The position numbers and the translations under genes were made by a program. Shown here piece by piece: positions 18,112 to 28,472 of a stretch of 64,000 nucleotides of DNA. The number at the start of each line of letters is the position of its first letter. The first letter of the stretch is position 1. The stretch lies in assembly GCA_046290465.1 (NCBI GenBank), contig JBKAGP010000001.1:992001-1056000 (forward strand), written 5' to 3'. The notes beneath the pieces are model-generated. The model did not search any database. It saw nothing but the letters and a program-made list of their open reading frames with translations, and was not told the DNA's origin. The DNA is from Planctomycetota bacterium (GTDB lineage: Bacteria > Planctomycetota > UBA1135 > UBA2386).

Positions 18112-18142
18112 TGCACGGAGAACCCCAAACCGCTACGGATCC

Positions 18143-18505
18143 ATGAACAAGCTCCTGAAGAACAAGAAGGGCTCGGCCCTCGTCGAATACGGTCTCCTCA
18201 TCGCCGGTGTCGCGCTCGTCAGCGCCGCCGCGGTCTCGGTCTTCGGCCACAAGACCAACGACCTGATCTCGGCTACGGCGACGATCCTGCCGGGCGCGCA
18301 CGACGACGACAACGGCCCGATCGTCAGCGCCAAGCTGATCGAGACGACCCGCGACCCGAACAACGGCGACGCGATCATCCTCGACGCCGCCGCCGCCGCG
18401 ACCGAGACCCCGCGCCTCGGCAACAACCTGCTCGGCGCCAGCTTCAACCAGCCGGGCGGCTCGGGCAACGTGCTCGGCAGCACGCTGGTCATCGAGGCCA
18501 ACTGA
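18143..18505 (+). CDS. flp: Flp-family type IV pilin (120 aa, extended C-terminus)
   Basis: [35 protein letters not shown]: basic leader, G-1, E5-Y6 Flp motif and hydrophobic helix. Confidence 0.9.
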   Translation: MNKLLKNKKGSALVEYGLLIAGVALVSAAAVSVFGHKTNDLISATATILPGAHDDDNGPIVSAKLIETTRDPNNGDAIILDAAAAATETPRLGNNLLGASFNQPGGSGNVLGSTLVIEAN

Positions 18506-18541
18506 TCGATCGGGATCCGATCTCCCTCATCACTCGCTGAC

Positions 18542-18583
18542 CCCGGTCGGAGCCTCGCTGGCCGAAGCTCCGATGCCACCGGG
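18542..18583 (+). terminator. hairpin downstream of flp (terminator or mRNA-stabilising stem)
   Basis: Inner stem tcggagc/gctccga and outer cccggt/accggg; no U-tract. Confidence 0.35.
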
Positions 18584-18656
18584 AACCTCGCACTTCGCGG
18601 TCACCCTCCATGGGGGTGCCCGCGTTTTGTCGTCTGACCGGCATCCCCGCATCCCC

Positions 18657-19145
18657 ATGAATCCGTCACTGATCGTCGTGCTCGCCGCGCTCGCGCTGCT
18701 GCTCGCCGCCGTCGTGTTCGACCTCAGGTCGCGCACGATCCCGGATTCGATCTCGATCGCGATGGTGCTGCTCGGCCTGCTGGCGACGGCCTGCGGCTGG
18801 ATTGAAGGGGGCTGTAACGATTGGGGCTGGGCGCGCTTCGGCATCGGCCTCGCGGTCGGTTTCGGGATCGGCGCGGCCCTGTTCTACCTCGGCGCGATGG
18901 GCGGCGGGGACGCCAAGCTCTGCGCCGGCCTCGGCGCGATCTGCGGCTGGCCGCGCGTGCTCGAGGTGCTGTTCGCGACCGCGCTGTTCGGCGGCCTGCT
19001 GTCGTGGTGGGCCAGGCGGCGCGGCATGACCTCACTGCCGTACGCGCCGGCGCTCGCCGCCGGCTACGCCAGCACCGTTGCGATCGCCTGGCTGCTGCCG
19101 CCGAGCACCGGCCTGTGGCACCTGATCACCGGGAGGGCGCTGTGA
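18657..19145 (+). CDS. cpaA: prepilin peptidase (A24 family, CpaA/TadV)
   Basis: 'FDLRSRTIPD', 'MGGGDAKL', 'LPYAPALAAG'; multiple hydrophobic segments. Confidence 0.9.
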   Translation: MNPSLIVVLAALALLLAAVVFDLRSRTIPDSISIAMVLLGLLATACGWIEGGCNDWGWARFGIGLAVGFGIGAALFYLGAMGGGDAKLCAGLGAICGWPRVLEVLFATALFGGLLSWWARRRGMTSLPYAPALAAGYASTVAIAWLLPPSTGLWHLITGRAL

Positions 19146-20029
19146 ACGCCGAGCGGCTGCGGCAGCGGCAGCACCGCCAGCGCGGCGCGCTGATGGTCGA
19201 GTTCGCCGTGATCTCGCTGCTGCTCTACCTGCTGCTGGCGGCGCTGCTGTCGTTCGGCACCATGATCCAGGCCGGCCAGGTCGCGCAGGACGTCGCCAGG
19301 CTGGCCGCGCGCGAACTGGCGCTGACCCCGCTGCCGGCGACGTCGACGTTCGAGCAGGCGCTGGCCGCGACCGACGACCGCATCTTCGACCCCAACCAGC
19401 TGGTGGTCGACCTCGACGCCGTCGCCAACAGCGGCCAGGACCTCGACGAACACTTCGCCGCGATGCCGCTGGTCAACCGCGCGCTGCGGCCGGTGTTCGT
19501 GTTCGACCGGGTCGGCGGCCTGCGCCTGCTGCGCTTCCCCGGCGCGCTGCTGCGCTCCCCGTCGCGCACCGCGTTCAACGCGGGCCTCACCGTCGGCGTG
19601 CCGCAGGTCGTCGCACGCCTCGACACCGGCGGCGAACGGATCCGCTGGCTGCCGGTGGTCGAGGAGATCCGGCCCGATGCCGAGGATCCGGCGAGCGGCC
19701 CGTTCTCGGCGGTCTCCGGCGGCCCCGATCGCGGCCTGGTCGCGCTGCGCATCAACATCCCGTCGACCGCCTCGGCGCTCGCCTCGTACGACGGCCCCAC
19801 CACCTGGCCGCCCGGCGCCAACGCCGGCCAGCCGCACCTCGCCGGCCCGGTCGAGACCGAGGCCGGCTCGGTACCGTCGTTCGGCACGCCGTTCCCGGAC
19901 GCCGTGCACGGCGGCGTGCTCGGCGCCGAGCAGGGACTCGGTGAGATGGGCGCGCTCGGCGTGCGGGTGCGCCCGTTCCGCCGCGTGTTCGTCGGCCAGG
20001 CGCTGTTCCGCCGCGAGGTCTACCAGTAA
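19142..20029 (+). CDS. TadE-like pseudopilin
   Basis: 'RQRG/ALMVEFAVISLLLYLLL...AR.AARELA'. GTGA overlap with cpaA. Confidence 0.8.
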   Translation: MNAERLRQRQHRQRGALMVEFAVISLLLYLLLAALLSFGTMIQAGQVAQDVARLAARELALTPLPATSTFEQALAATDDRIFDPNQLVVDLDAVANSGQDLDEHFAAMPLVNRALRPVFVFDRVGGLRLLRFPGALLRSPSRTAFNAGLTVGVPQVVARLDTGGERIRWLPVVEEIRPDAEDPASGPFSAVSGGPDRGLVALRINIPSTASALASYDGPTTWPPGANAGQPHLAGPVETEAGSVPSFGTPFPDAVHGGVLGAEQGLGEMGALGVRVRPFRRVFVGQALFRREVYQ

Positions 20030-20056
20030 CCCCTCCCGCACCTTCGAGACTCCATC

Positions 20057-21118
20057 ATGGCAACCCGACACCGACCCGTCTCCCCGCGGCAACGCCGCCG
20101 CTCCCGCCTGCTGATGCCGCTGGCGATCGCCGGCGTGCTGCTGGCAGGGCTGGTCGTCTACACGGTGGTCAACGGCGAGCTGCGGCTGCCGTTCGGCGGC
20201 GGCGTGGTGTTCGCGTTCGGCGGCGAGGAGCCGCAGGCCGCCGAGGACACGACCCCACCGGGCCACGTCGAGGTCTTCGCGTGCCCGCGCGACCTGCCGG
20301 CCTACACCAAGATCACGCGCGAGCATCTCGACATCGGCGACCGCCTCTACACGCTGCCGGTGCTGCCCGAGCAGGTCGAACCCAACGGCCTGATCCCGAA
20401 CACCAACGAGGCCTACGCGACGCGCCTGCTCGGCCGCGTGCTGCGCCGACCGAAGCCGAAGAACTACGTGTTCCGCGAGAGCGACTTCCTGCCGAAGGGC
20501 ACGCGCGAGGGCCTCAGCGCCGGCATCCCCGAAGGCATGCGCGGCATCTGGGTCGACATCAGCAAGGTGCACGGCCTGTCCGACGTGCGCAGCGGCGACT
20601 TCGTCGACCTGGTCGCCGCGACGGCCAGCCAGAACCAGACCGAGGTCGACACCAAGGTGCTCGGCAACCTGATCGACCCGGTCATGAAGGCCCGCCTCGA
20701 AGCCGGCGCACGTCGGGCCGCGAAGACCGGGGACTCGAGCTCGTGGGTGGTCGCGCGCAGCGCCCAGGTGATCGCGCCGGTGCGCAGCCGCGAGCTGCCG
20801 GGCAGCGGCACCAGGAAGGGCAACGCCCCGACCGTCGAAGAGGTGTTCCTGGCGCTCGCACCCCAGGACGTCGCGCAGTACAGCCAGGCGCTGGCGCAGA
20901 ACGTCACGATCCTCGCCGCCCCGCGCTCGAGCCGGCCCGAGCACGACCCGGCCGAGATCCAGGACGCCAAGCCCGCCGACGCCAGCGCCGAGCTGCGTAA
21001 GATGCTGCTCGGGGACGACCAGCAGGACGCGCGCTTCCGCATGGTCGAGGTGATCCGCGGCGGCGAACGCCAGACGATCACCGTCCCGCACCAGCCGCAG
21101 GAGACCGGCAAGCGTTGA
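20057..21118 (+). CDS. cpaB: Flp pilus assembly protein CpaB/RcpC (SAF domain)
   Basis: N-terminal TM; SAF 'CPRDLPAYTKITREHL', 'GLSAGIPEGMRG', 'SGDFVDLV'. Confidence 0.8.
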   Translation: MATRHRPVSPRQRRRSRLLMPLAIAGVLLAGLVVYTVVNGELRLPFGGGVVFAFGGEEPQAAEDTTPPGHVEVFACPRDLPAYTKITREHLDIGDRLYTLPVLPEQVEPNGLIPNTNEAYATRLLGRVLRRPKPKNYVFRESDFLPKGTREGLSAGIPEGMRGIWVDISKVHGLSDVRSGDFVDLVAATASQNQTEVDTKVLGNLIDPVMKARLEAGARRAAKTGDSSSWVVARSAQVIAPVRSRELPGSGTRKGNAPTVEEVFLALAPQDVAQYSQALAQNVTILAAPRSSRPEHDPAEIQDAKPADASAELRKMLLGDDQQDARFRMVEVIRGGERQTITVPHQPQETGKR

Positions 21119-22365
21119 TCGCCGCTCTGCCCCGCCCATTGCGAGCGGCCCGCGACGACCGCGAGGCCGGCACGGTCCTGGTGCTGTTCGCGCTGCTGCT
21201 GGTCGGCCTGTTCGGCCTGCTCGGCGCGGTCGTCGACGGCGGCCGCCTGCGCGTGACCCGCCAGCAGATGGACGCCGGTGCCGAGTGCGCCGCGCTCGAG
21301 GGATTGCGCTTCAAGGACCTCGAGGGCGACGACGGCCGCCGGCAGCGCGCGATCGCCGCGGTCGCCAACCTGTGGGACGACGACCTCGATCCCGACAACG
21401 GCGACGCCATCGGACTCGGCGCCGGGTCGCTGCCGATCGTGTCCGGACTCGACCCGCTCGGCGGTTCGCTCGACGTCGCTGCGACGGCGGCGGCACGGGT
21501 CTGGAAGCCCGGACCGGAGCTGCAGGCCAACCCCGGCAACGCCGCGCATGGCGACATGGTCGCCGGCCGCCACCTCGCCGACCGGGCCCCGAGCGAGGAC
21601 GATGCGTTCGCGCGCGACGACTTCGTGCCGACCCCGCCGGGCAGTTCGGCGACGGCGCTCGCCGACGCGCCGTCGTTCCTGGTGCGGCTGCGCCGCAGCA
21701 ACCGCCGCCTCGCGCTCGACCGGCAGCCCGGCGAGAGCTCGTCGGGGCCGGCGTTCGAATGGCTCTGGGCGCGCGGCAGCGCCTGGCAGGAACCCGCCGG
21801 CGGCGATGGCAGCGCGTCCCGCAACGACGGCCTGACCCTGCGGGCCGCGGCGATCGCCTCGACCGAGCGCGCGCTGCTGGTCTCCTCGGACCCGAACCTC
21901 GGCACGACGCTCGCCACGATCGCGCTGCGCGGGGACGCCGCGTCGACCTGGAACGCCACCCCACCGTTCGCGTCGGCGACGTTCGACGTCGACGCGAACG
22001 GGCTGCTGACGGTCGCCGGTGTCGAGCAGGGCGTGACGCTGGCGCTGGCGCCGCGCAACGTCGGCGCGACCCTGGTCCCCGCCGCCGCCGCGCCGACCGC
22101 CCTGCCGACCACCACGCTGCTGCTGCCCGTCTACGGCACCATCGCCGGCCAGCGCCGCGTCGTCGGGTTCACGCTCGGCGCCGCGACCGCATCCGGCGCC
22201 ACCGTCACCGTGACGCGGCTGCCCGCCACCGTGCTGCCGACCGGCGCCTCCAGCGCGTCGCCCGCGGCGCTCGACGCCCGCCTCGCGCTCGAGGCCGATC
22301 CCGACCTGCGTGCGCTGCACGCGACGTTCTCCGAACCCGTGCTGGCGCCGGTGCTGCGCCGATAG
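21115..22365 (+). CDS. TadG-like pilus protein
   Basis: 'EAG/TVLVLFALLLVGLFGLLGAVVDGG...RQQMDAGAECAALEG' Tad N-terminal motif. Confidence 0.75.
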   Translation: MIAALPRPLRAARDDREAGTVLVLFALLLVGLFGLLGAVVDGGRLRVTRQQMDAGAECAALEGLRFKDLEGDDGRRQRAIAAVANLWDDDLDPDNGDAIGLGAGSLPIVSGLDPLGGSLDVAATAAARVWKPGPELQANPGNAAHGDMVAGRHLADRAPSEDDAFARDDFVPTPPGSSATALADAPSFLVRLRRSNRRLALDRQPGESSSGPAFEWLWARGSAWQEPAGGDGSASRNDGLTLRAAAIASTERALLVSSDPNLGTTLATIALRGDAASTWNATPPFASATFDVDANGLLTVAGVEQGVTLALAPRNVGATLVPAAAAPTALPTTTLLLPVYGTIAGQRRVVGFTLGAATASGATVTVTRLPATVLPTGASSASPAALDARLALEADPDLRALHATFSEPVLAPVLRR

Positions 22366-22369
22366 CCTC

Positions 22370-23557
22370 ATGACCCGCCCCATCACGCTCCTGCTGGTAT
22401 CGGACGACCCCGACCTGCGCGCCGAATGGACGGCCGCCGATCAGGGCCTGTCCGACGTGCGCGTGCTGCCACACTTCGCCGACAACCACCGCGAGGCGCT
22501 GCGCCTCGCGCATGCTCAGCAGCCGGACGTCGTGCTGGTCACCGGCAACGAGCCGGGCTCGGCGTTCGACGCGCTGCTGACCGAGCTGCAGGACGCGGTC
22601 CCGGCGGCGGCCCTGGTCGGCGTGCTGGACCGCCGCAACTTCGAGTCCGGCGACGCCGAGACCGCGTTCGTGGTCGGTGCGACCCGCGCCGGCGTGCGCG
22701 ACTTCCTGCGGCGGCCGCTGTCGTCCAACGAACTCGGCACGTGCCTGCGCCGGATCGGCGAGCACGGCCGCCGCGGCGAGCAGGGCCGCACGCGCGGCGG
22801 ACGCATCACGGCGTTCGTCAGCAACAAGGGCGGGGTCGGCAAGACCACGCTGTCGGTCAACGTCGCCTGCGAACTCGCGCAGCGCGCCCCCGGCCGCGTG
22901 CTGCTCGTCGACGCGTCGCTGCAGCTCGGCCTCTGCGCCACGATGCTCGACCTTGGGCCGACGGTCACGATGCACGACGTCGTCGCCCAGATCGACCGGC
23001 TCGACGCCACGCTGTTGCGCGAACTGACGGTGCGCCACGAGTGCGGCCTCGACCTGCTGGCCGCGCCCGGCGACGCGGTCGAGGCGGCCAACGTGCGCGA
23101 GGATCACCTGTCGCGCATGCTGGCCGTCGCGCGCAGCGCATACGACCACGTGGTCGTCGACACGTTCCCGATCCTCGACGGCATCGCGATCGCGACCCTC
23201 GACCGGGCCGACGACGTCTGGCAGGTCGTCGCGCCGACCGTCCCGACGGTGCTCGGCGCCGAACGGCTCAACGGCCTGCTGGAGAGCGTCGGCGTCGACC
23301 GCGCCCGCCAGCACATCGTCGTCAACACCTCGGTGCCGGGGCACAGCGGCCAGCTGTCGCCGCGCGACGTCGCGACCCGCCTCGACCGCGACGTCGAAGT
23401 CGTGGTGCCGTTCACGCGGGCGGCGATCGCGGCGTGCAACACCGGCCGGCCGGTCGTGCTCGCCAGCACCAGGTTCAACGGCTTCCGTCGCCGCGTCGCC
23501 GAGCTCGCCGACCTGCTGACATCGCCAGAATCGTCGCTGACCGAGGCCGAGCGATGA
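22370..23557 (+). CDS. cpaE: CpaE/TadZ pilus localisation ATPase (receiver-like + MinD/ParA domain)
   Basis: Atypical receiver N-terminus; 'NKGGVGKTTLSVN', 'VLLVD.SLQLG', 'YDHVVVDT'. Confidence 0.88.
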   Translation: MTRPITLLLVSDDPDLRAEWTAADQGLSDVRVLPHFADNHREALRLAHAQQPDVVLVTGNEPGSAFDALLTELQDAVPAAALVGVLDRRNFESGDAETAFVVGATRAGVRDFLRRPLSSNELGTCLRRIGEHGRRGEQGRTRGGRITAFVSNKGGVGKTTLSVNVACELAQRAPGRVLLVDASLQLGLCATMLDLGPTVTMHDVVAQIDRLDATLLRELTVRHECGLDLLAAPGDAVEAANVREDHLSRMLAVARSAYDHVVVDTFPILDGIAIATLDRADDVWQVVAPTVPTVLGAERLNGLLESVGVDRARQHIVVNTSVPGHSGQLSPRDVATRLDRDVEVVVPFTRAAIAACNTGRPVVLASTRFNGFRRRVAELADLLTSPESSLTEAER

Positions 23558-25011
23558 GCGAACGGCCCGAGCCCACCACCCCGCCGACCGGCAACCGCAG
23601 CCTGTTCCGCGGCTCGCGCGCGGCCGAGGCGGTCGAACGCATGCGCCGCCCGACCGGGCCGCAGCCCGCCGAGCCGCGAACGCCCTCGTCGTCCGAGCCG
23701 CGCCGCCCCGCGACCGACTACGCCGGCGTCAAGGGCGAGCTGCAGTCGCGCCTGCTCGAACAGCTGTCCGAGCGCGACCTGCTCGGCGCCACCGAGGAGC
23801 GCATCGGCAGCTTCGTGCGCGAGTTCGCCGACGAGGTGCTGCAGAACGAGGACCTGCCGCTCAACGACCGCGAGCGCGAGCAGCTCGGCCGCGACCTGCT
23901 GCAGGAGACCCTGGGCCTCGGTCCACTGGCGCCGCTGGTGCTCGACCCGGCGGTCACCGACGTGCTGGTCAACGGGCCCGCAAACGTGTTCGTCGAGCGC
24001 TTCGGCCGGCTCGAACGCAGCGAGGTCCGTTTCCGAGACGCCGAGCACCTGCTGCGCGTGATCGAGCGCATCGCCGCGCGGGTCGGCCGCCGCATCGACC
24101 AGTCGTCGCCGATGGCCGACTTCCGCCTGCCCGACGGCAGCCGCGTCAACGCGACCATCCCGCCGGTCTCGATCGACTACCCGACGCTGTCGATCCGCCG
24201 CTTCGGCCACCGCCGCCTGCGCGGCGCCGACCTGCTGCGCTACGGCTCGGTCAACGAGCCGATGCTGCAGTTCCTGCGCGAGGCCGTGCGCCACCGCACC
24301 AACATGGTCATCTCGGGCGGCACCGGCGCCGGCAAGTCGACGCTGCTCGGCGCGCTGGCCGAGGCGATCCCCGGCGACGAGCGCATCGTCACGATCGAGG
24401 ACACCGCCGAACTGCAGCTCGACCAGCCGCACGTCGTGCGCCTCGAGAGCCGGCCGGTCAACACCGAAGGCGCCGGTGAGATCACCATCCGGCAGCTGGT
24501 CGTCAACTCGCTGCGCATGCGCCCCGATCGCATCCTGGTCGGCGAGTGCCGTAGCGCCGAGGCGCTCGACATGCTGCAGGCGATGAACACCGGCCACGAC
24601 GGCAGCCTGACCACGGTGCACGCCAACTCGCCGCGCGACGCCCTCAGCCGGCTCGAGACGATGGTGCTGATGGCCGGCACCGAGCTGCCGTCGCGCGCGA
24701 TTCGGGAGCAGATCACGTCGGCCGTGCAGCTGCTGGTGCACGTCAGCCGCGGCGAGGACGGCGTGCGTCGCATCCAGAGCATCAGCGAGATCACCGGCCT
24801 CGAGAGCGAGACCCCGCTGCTGCAGGAGGTGTTCCGCTGGCAGCGCACCGGCCGCAACGAACGCCGCATCGAAGGCCACTTCGTCAGCACCGGCATCATG
24901 CCGCGGCTCGCCGAGCGCCTGCGCGAACGCGGCGCCGAACTGCCCCAGCAGATGTTCCAGCAGGGCTCGCCCGTCGCGGCACCCAAGCTGCCCGGGGGTG
25001 ACGAGGCGTGA
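23554..25011 (+). CDS. cpaF: Tad pilus assembly ATPase CpaF/TadA
   Basis: 'GLGPLAPL..DP.VTDVLVNG', 'SGGTGAGKSTLL', 'TIEDTAEL', 'LRMRPDRILVGECR', 'MNTGHDGSLTTVHANS'. Confidence 0.96.
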   Translation: MSERPEPTTPPTGNRSLFRGSRAAEAVERMRRPTGPQPAEPRTPSSSEPRRPATDYAGVKGELQSRLLEQLSERDLLGATEERIGSFVREFADEVLQNEDLPLNDREREQLGRDLLQETLGLGPLAPLVLDPAVTDVLVNGPANVFVERFGRLERSEVRFRDAEHLLRVIERIAARVGRRIDQSSPMADFRLPDGSRVNATIPPVSIDYPTLSIRRFGHRRLRGADLLRYGSVNEPMLQFLREAVRHRTNMVISGGTGAGKSTLLGALAEAIPGDERIVTIEDTAELQLDQPHVVRLESRPVNTEGAGEITIRQLVVNSLRMRPDRILVGECRSAEALDMLQAMNTGHDGSLTTVHANSPRDALSRLETMVLMAGTELPSRAIREQITSAVQLLVHVSRGEDGVRRIQSISEITGLESETPLLQEVFRWQRTGRNERRIEGHFVSTGIMPRLAERLRERGAELPQQMFQQGSPVAAPKLPGGDEA

Positions 25012-25772
25012 GCGAGGTCGCCGTCACCCCCCTCGCCATGGCCCGCGGCCGCGACGTGCTGCGGGTCGGCCACGACGCCTCGCGTGGCCGGCTGTGGGTC
25101 GCCGCCCTGGCCGCCGCGATCTGCGCCGCGGTGCTGCTGCTGACGCCGCTCTACCTCGAGCTGTCGCTGTCGCTGGCGGTGCTGGTCGGCACGCTCGCCT
25201 GGGTCGTCGACGGTGCGATCGTCGCCAACCGCACGGTGCGCATCGAATCGCAGCTCGCCGACGCCCTCGACCTGCTCGGCTCCAGCGTCGCCGCCGGCGT
25301 CGGCCTGGTCGAGGCGCTCGACGGCGTGGTCCGCGAGGTGCGGCCGCCGCTGCGCGACGTGCTCGCCGCCGCGGCCGAACGGCTGCGCCTCGGCGACGAC
25401 CCGCAGCGCGTGTTCCAGGACGCGCAGACGATCCTGCCGCTGCCGGCGTTCCGTCTGTTGACGCACTACCTGAGCGTGCAGTGGCAGAGCGGCGGCTCGA
25501 TCGCGCCCGGCCTGCACGCGATCGCCGAGACCGTGCGCGACCGCGTCAACCTCGGCCGTCGCGTCAACGGCCAGTCGGCCGAGGCCCGCATCTCGGTGCT
25601 CGGCATCCTGCTGGTCGTCTACGGCATCGCCGCGCTCGCCTGGGTCAACAACCCCGAGCGCGTGCAGGCGTTCCTCGGCTCCGACGTCGGCGGCGGCATC
25701 GCCGCCGCCTGCGTGATGCTGCAGGCACTGGGCATCGTCTGGATGGCGCGGTTGACCCGCATCGAGGTGTGA
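25008..25772 (+). CDS. tadB: Tad inner-membrane platform protein TadB (T2SS F family)
   Basis: 'QLADALDLL.SSV.AG.GL..AL', 'VQWQSGG', 'SAEARIS'; follows cpaF. Confidence 0.85.
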   Translation: MSEVAVTPLAMARGRDVLRVGHDASRGRLWVAALAAAICAAVLLLTPLYLELSLSLAVLVGTLAWVVDGAIVANRTVRIESQLADALDLLGSSVAAGVGLVEALDGVVREVRPPLRDVLAAAAERLRLGDDPQRVFQDAQTILPLPAFRLLTHYLSVQWQSGGSIAPGLHAIAETVRDRVNLGRRVNGQSAEARISVLGILLVVYGIAALAWVNNPERVQAFLGSDVGGGIAAACVMLQALGIVWMARLTRIEV

Positions 25773-26686
25773 TGCAAGCCGCACTCTGGATCCTGCTCGC
25801 CCTCGCCGCCGCGGCCGTGCTGGTAGCCTGGCTGCGCCAGCGCAACCAGCGCCTCTGGGCACAACAGCGGCTGGCGTCGGCACAGCTCGCCGGCGACGCC
25901 GGCCCGCGCGCGGGCACCGGCGGCGCGCCAGACGAAGGCCTGGCGCGCTGGCTGTACCTGGCCGGCTACCGCCGCCCCGATGCGCCGACCCGCTTCTGGT
26001 TCGCGACCGGTGCGCTGGCGCTGCTGGGCGCCGCACTCGGCCTGCTGCTGTTGTTGTCCGGCCTGCTCGCCCACCTCGAGACGACCCTGGTGGGCATCCC
26101 CGGCCGGGTCGGCTACCTGTTCGTGCCGATCGTGCTGGCGGTGCCGGTGATCCTGCCGCTGGCGTTCGCCGCGCTGCCGACGACCCGGGTGCGCCGCGCC
26201 CGGCGCGCCCGCGTCGACCTGATCCTGCGCGATCTGTATCCAGCGCTCGAACTGTTCGCGAGCCTGGCGCAGGCGGGGCTCGCGTTCGACGCCGCGCTGG
26301 CCCGCGTGCTGGCCTCGTTCGGCGCCGACCGACCGCTCGGCCGCGAGCTGCAGACGTTCCAGGCCGAGGTCATGGGCGGCGCCGACCGCACCCGCTGCTT
26401 CCGCCGGCTCGCCCACCGCGTCGCCGTGCCGCAGCTCAGCAGCTTCACGTCGGCGCTGATCCGCGCGCACGAGGTCGGCATCGGCCTCGCGTCGACGCTG
26501 CGGCGCCAGGCCGACGAGCTGCGCTCCGAACTGCGCGAACGCGCGCTCGGCCGCGCCCAGTCGCTGCCATCGCGGCTGGTGTTCCCGCTCGTCCTGTGCT
26601 TCCTCCCCGGGGTGTTCGTGATGAGCCTCGGCCCTGCCTTCTACGGCTTCCTGGTAGACACCGCCGGCTTCGGCTCCACCCGTTGA
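25772..26686 (+). CDS. tadC: Tad inner-membrane platform protein TadC
   Basis: 'L.PALELF...QAGLAFDAAL', 'LRRQADELR', 'RLVFPLVLCFLPG'. Confidence 0.88.
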   Translation: MQAALWILLALAAAAVLVAWLRQRNQRLWAQQRLASAQLAGDAGPRAGTGGAPDEGLARWLYLAGYRRPDAPTRFWFATGALALLGAALGLLLLLSGLLAHLETTLVGIPGRVGYLFVPIVLAVPVILPLAFAALPTTRVRRARRARVDLILRDLYPALELFASLAQAGLAFDAALARVLASFGADRPLGRELQTFQAEVMGGADRTRCFRRLAHRVAVPQLSSFTSALIRAHEVGIGLASTLRRQADELRSELRERALGRAQSLPSRLVFPLVLCFLPGVFVMSLGPAFYGFLVDTAGFGSTR

Positions 26687-26690
26687 TCTG

Positions 26691-27377
26691 ATGCGCCCTT
26701 CGCCTCTTGCCCTGCTGCTCTGGCTGCTCTGGCTGCTCGCCGCCGCCGGCTGCGCCGTCTGGAACCCCGACTACGAACCCGATCCCGATCGCGAGCTGCA
26801 GGACCTGCTGCGTCCGGCCCGCAGCGCCGAACGCGCGCTCGACCAGGTCACCCAGGAACGCATGCGGTTCTCGGTCGAACGGCTGGCGACGCGCCACCCG
26901 AGCCATGTGGCCAGCCAGGTCGCGGCCGCGGCGCTCTCGTTCGAGGCCGGCGAGTCCCAGCGGGCCCAGGGCTACCTCGATCGCGCCCTGACGCTGGCGC
27001 CGGCGCACGTCGAGGCGCGCTGCCTGCGCGCGCGCATCGCCGTTGCCGACGGCAGCCTCGACCTCGCCCGCAAGCTGGTCGACGAGGGCCTGCGCATGCG
27101 CCCGGACGCCGCCGCCCTCTACGAATCGTCGGCGTGGCTGCACCAGCTCGAAGGGCGCTTCGACGACGCGCTGCGGGCCCTGTCCGCAGCCGCGTCGCTC
27201 GGCGCGCCGGCCTGGCGCATCGCGTTCCACCGCGGCCTCGTCGAAGAACTGCGCGGCGCCTTCGACGCAGCCGAGCGGCACTACCGCGAGGCCATCGAGG
27301 CCAGGCCTTCGTGCGCCGAGGCGAAGCAACGGCTCATGGGCCTCGCCGCGCGCCGGCAGCTCGCGCCCGGCCGCTGA
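26691..27377 (+). CDS. TPR lipoprotein (TadD-like pilotin candidate)
   Basis: Lipobox AAGC; TPR-like helices ('ALTLAP', 'LRMRPD', 'YREAIEARP'); last gene of the tad run. Confidence 0.7.
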   Translation: MRPSPLALLLWLLWLLAAAGCAVWNPDYEPDPDRELQDLLRPARSAERALDQVTQERMRFSVERLATRHPSHVASQVAAAALSFEAGESQRAQGYLDRALTLAPAHVEARCLRARIAVADGSLDLARKLVDEGLRMRPDAAALYESSAWLHQLEGRFDDALRALSAAASLGAPAWRIAFHRGLVEELRGAFDAAERHYREAIEARPSCAEAKQRLMGLAARRQLAPGR

Positions 27378-27419
27378 GAACGCTGGCGCCCACGGCGCCC
27401 GCGCGGCATCGTTCTCTGC

Positions 27420-28454
27420 ATGGACCAACGCCCTCCGCAGGACGACGAAGCCAAGGTCGTGCAGGCGCTCGGGATCGCCAACGCGCGCCGCCACATCCTG
27501 CTGTGCTGCGACCAGAGCAAGCCGAAGTGCTGCGACCGCGACCGCAGCCTGGTCGCGTGGAACTTCCTGAAGGCGCGACTGAAGGAACTCGGGCTGGCCG
27601 ACGCCGGCGGGGTGCAGCGCAACAAGTCGCACTGCCTGCGGATCTGCGTCAACGGCCCGATCGCGGTCGTCTATCCGGAGGGCGTCTGGTACCGCGGCTG
27701 CGATCCCGACGTGCTCGAACGGATCATCCAGCAGCACCTGATCCGCGGCGAGGTCGTCGCCGAGCACTGCATCACGACGCAGCCGCTGCAGGGCGGCCGG
27801 CTCGACATGAAGGCCGACTGGAACGCGCGCGCCGCCGAGGACGCGCAGTACTACATCGCCAGCGCCGACCCCGACCAGGGCGACGCCTTCCGCGGCTCGG
27901 GCGAGCGCGACGTGCAGGCCTACTTCGACGGCATCTGGGACCTGCTCGGCGCCGACAAGACGGTGCTCGACATCGGCTGCGGCATCGGCCGCATGGACGA
28001 GTTCGTCGCGCCGCACGTCGGCCAGCTGGTCGGCGTCGACGTCAGCGGCGAGATGGTGCAGAAGGCGGCCGAACGGCTGGCGCACCTGCCCAACGTGCGG
28101 TTCGTCGAGGGCGACGGCTTCTCGCTGCCGGTCGAGGACGCGTCGATCGACCTGATCTTCACGCACATCGTGCTGCAGCACACGCCGCGCCACGTCACCC
28201 ACAGCTACTTCCGCGACGCGTTCCGCGCGCTGAAGCCGGGCGGCGACCTGGTGTTCCAGATGCCCGAAGCCGTGCCGGGAGCGCCGAAGGACCCGCCGGG
28301 CGACGACACCTTCGAGATGCGCTTCTGGAAGGAGGACGACCTGCGCCGGGCGATCGAGCAGGTCGGCTTCGCGTGGCAATCGGTGCGGCGCTATCCGGTC
28401 GACTCCGAGTACCTGAAGTTCAACCAGCTCCGCGTGCACGCGCAGAAGCCGTAG
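27420..28454 (+). CDS. thioredoxin-like [2Fe-2S] ferredoxin fused to class I SAM-dependent methyltransferase
   Basis: N-terminal '[15 protein letters not shown]...[20 protein letters not shown]'; C-terminal '[10 protein letters not shown]', 'GVDVS', 'RALKPGG'. Confidence 0.85.
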   Translation: MDQRPPQDDEAKVVQALGIANARRHILLCCDQSKPKCCDRDRSLVAWNFLKARLKELGLADAGGVQRNKSHCLRICVNGPIAVVYPEGVWYRGCDPDVLERIIQQHLIRGEVVAEHCITTQPLQGGRLDMKADWNARAAEDAQYYIASADPDQGDAFRGSGERDVQAYFDGIWDLLGADKTVLDIGCGIGRMDEFVAPHVGQLVGVDVSGEMVQKAAERLAHLPNVRFVEGDGFSLPVEDASIDLIFTHIVLQHTPRHVTHSYFRDAFRALKPGGDLVFQMPEAVPGAPKDPPGDDTFEMRFWKEDDLRRAIEQVGFAWQSVRRYPVDSEYLKFNQLRVHAQKP

Positions 28455-28472
28455 CGCGCGGCGCCGCCGCAG

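Noticed and set aside
18582..18605. GGAAC...CACC upstream of cpaA as a fourth motif copy
   Set aside because: Spacing is 2 nt shorter, the hexamer differs, and it overlaps the flp hairpin.
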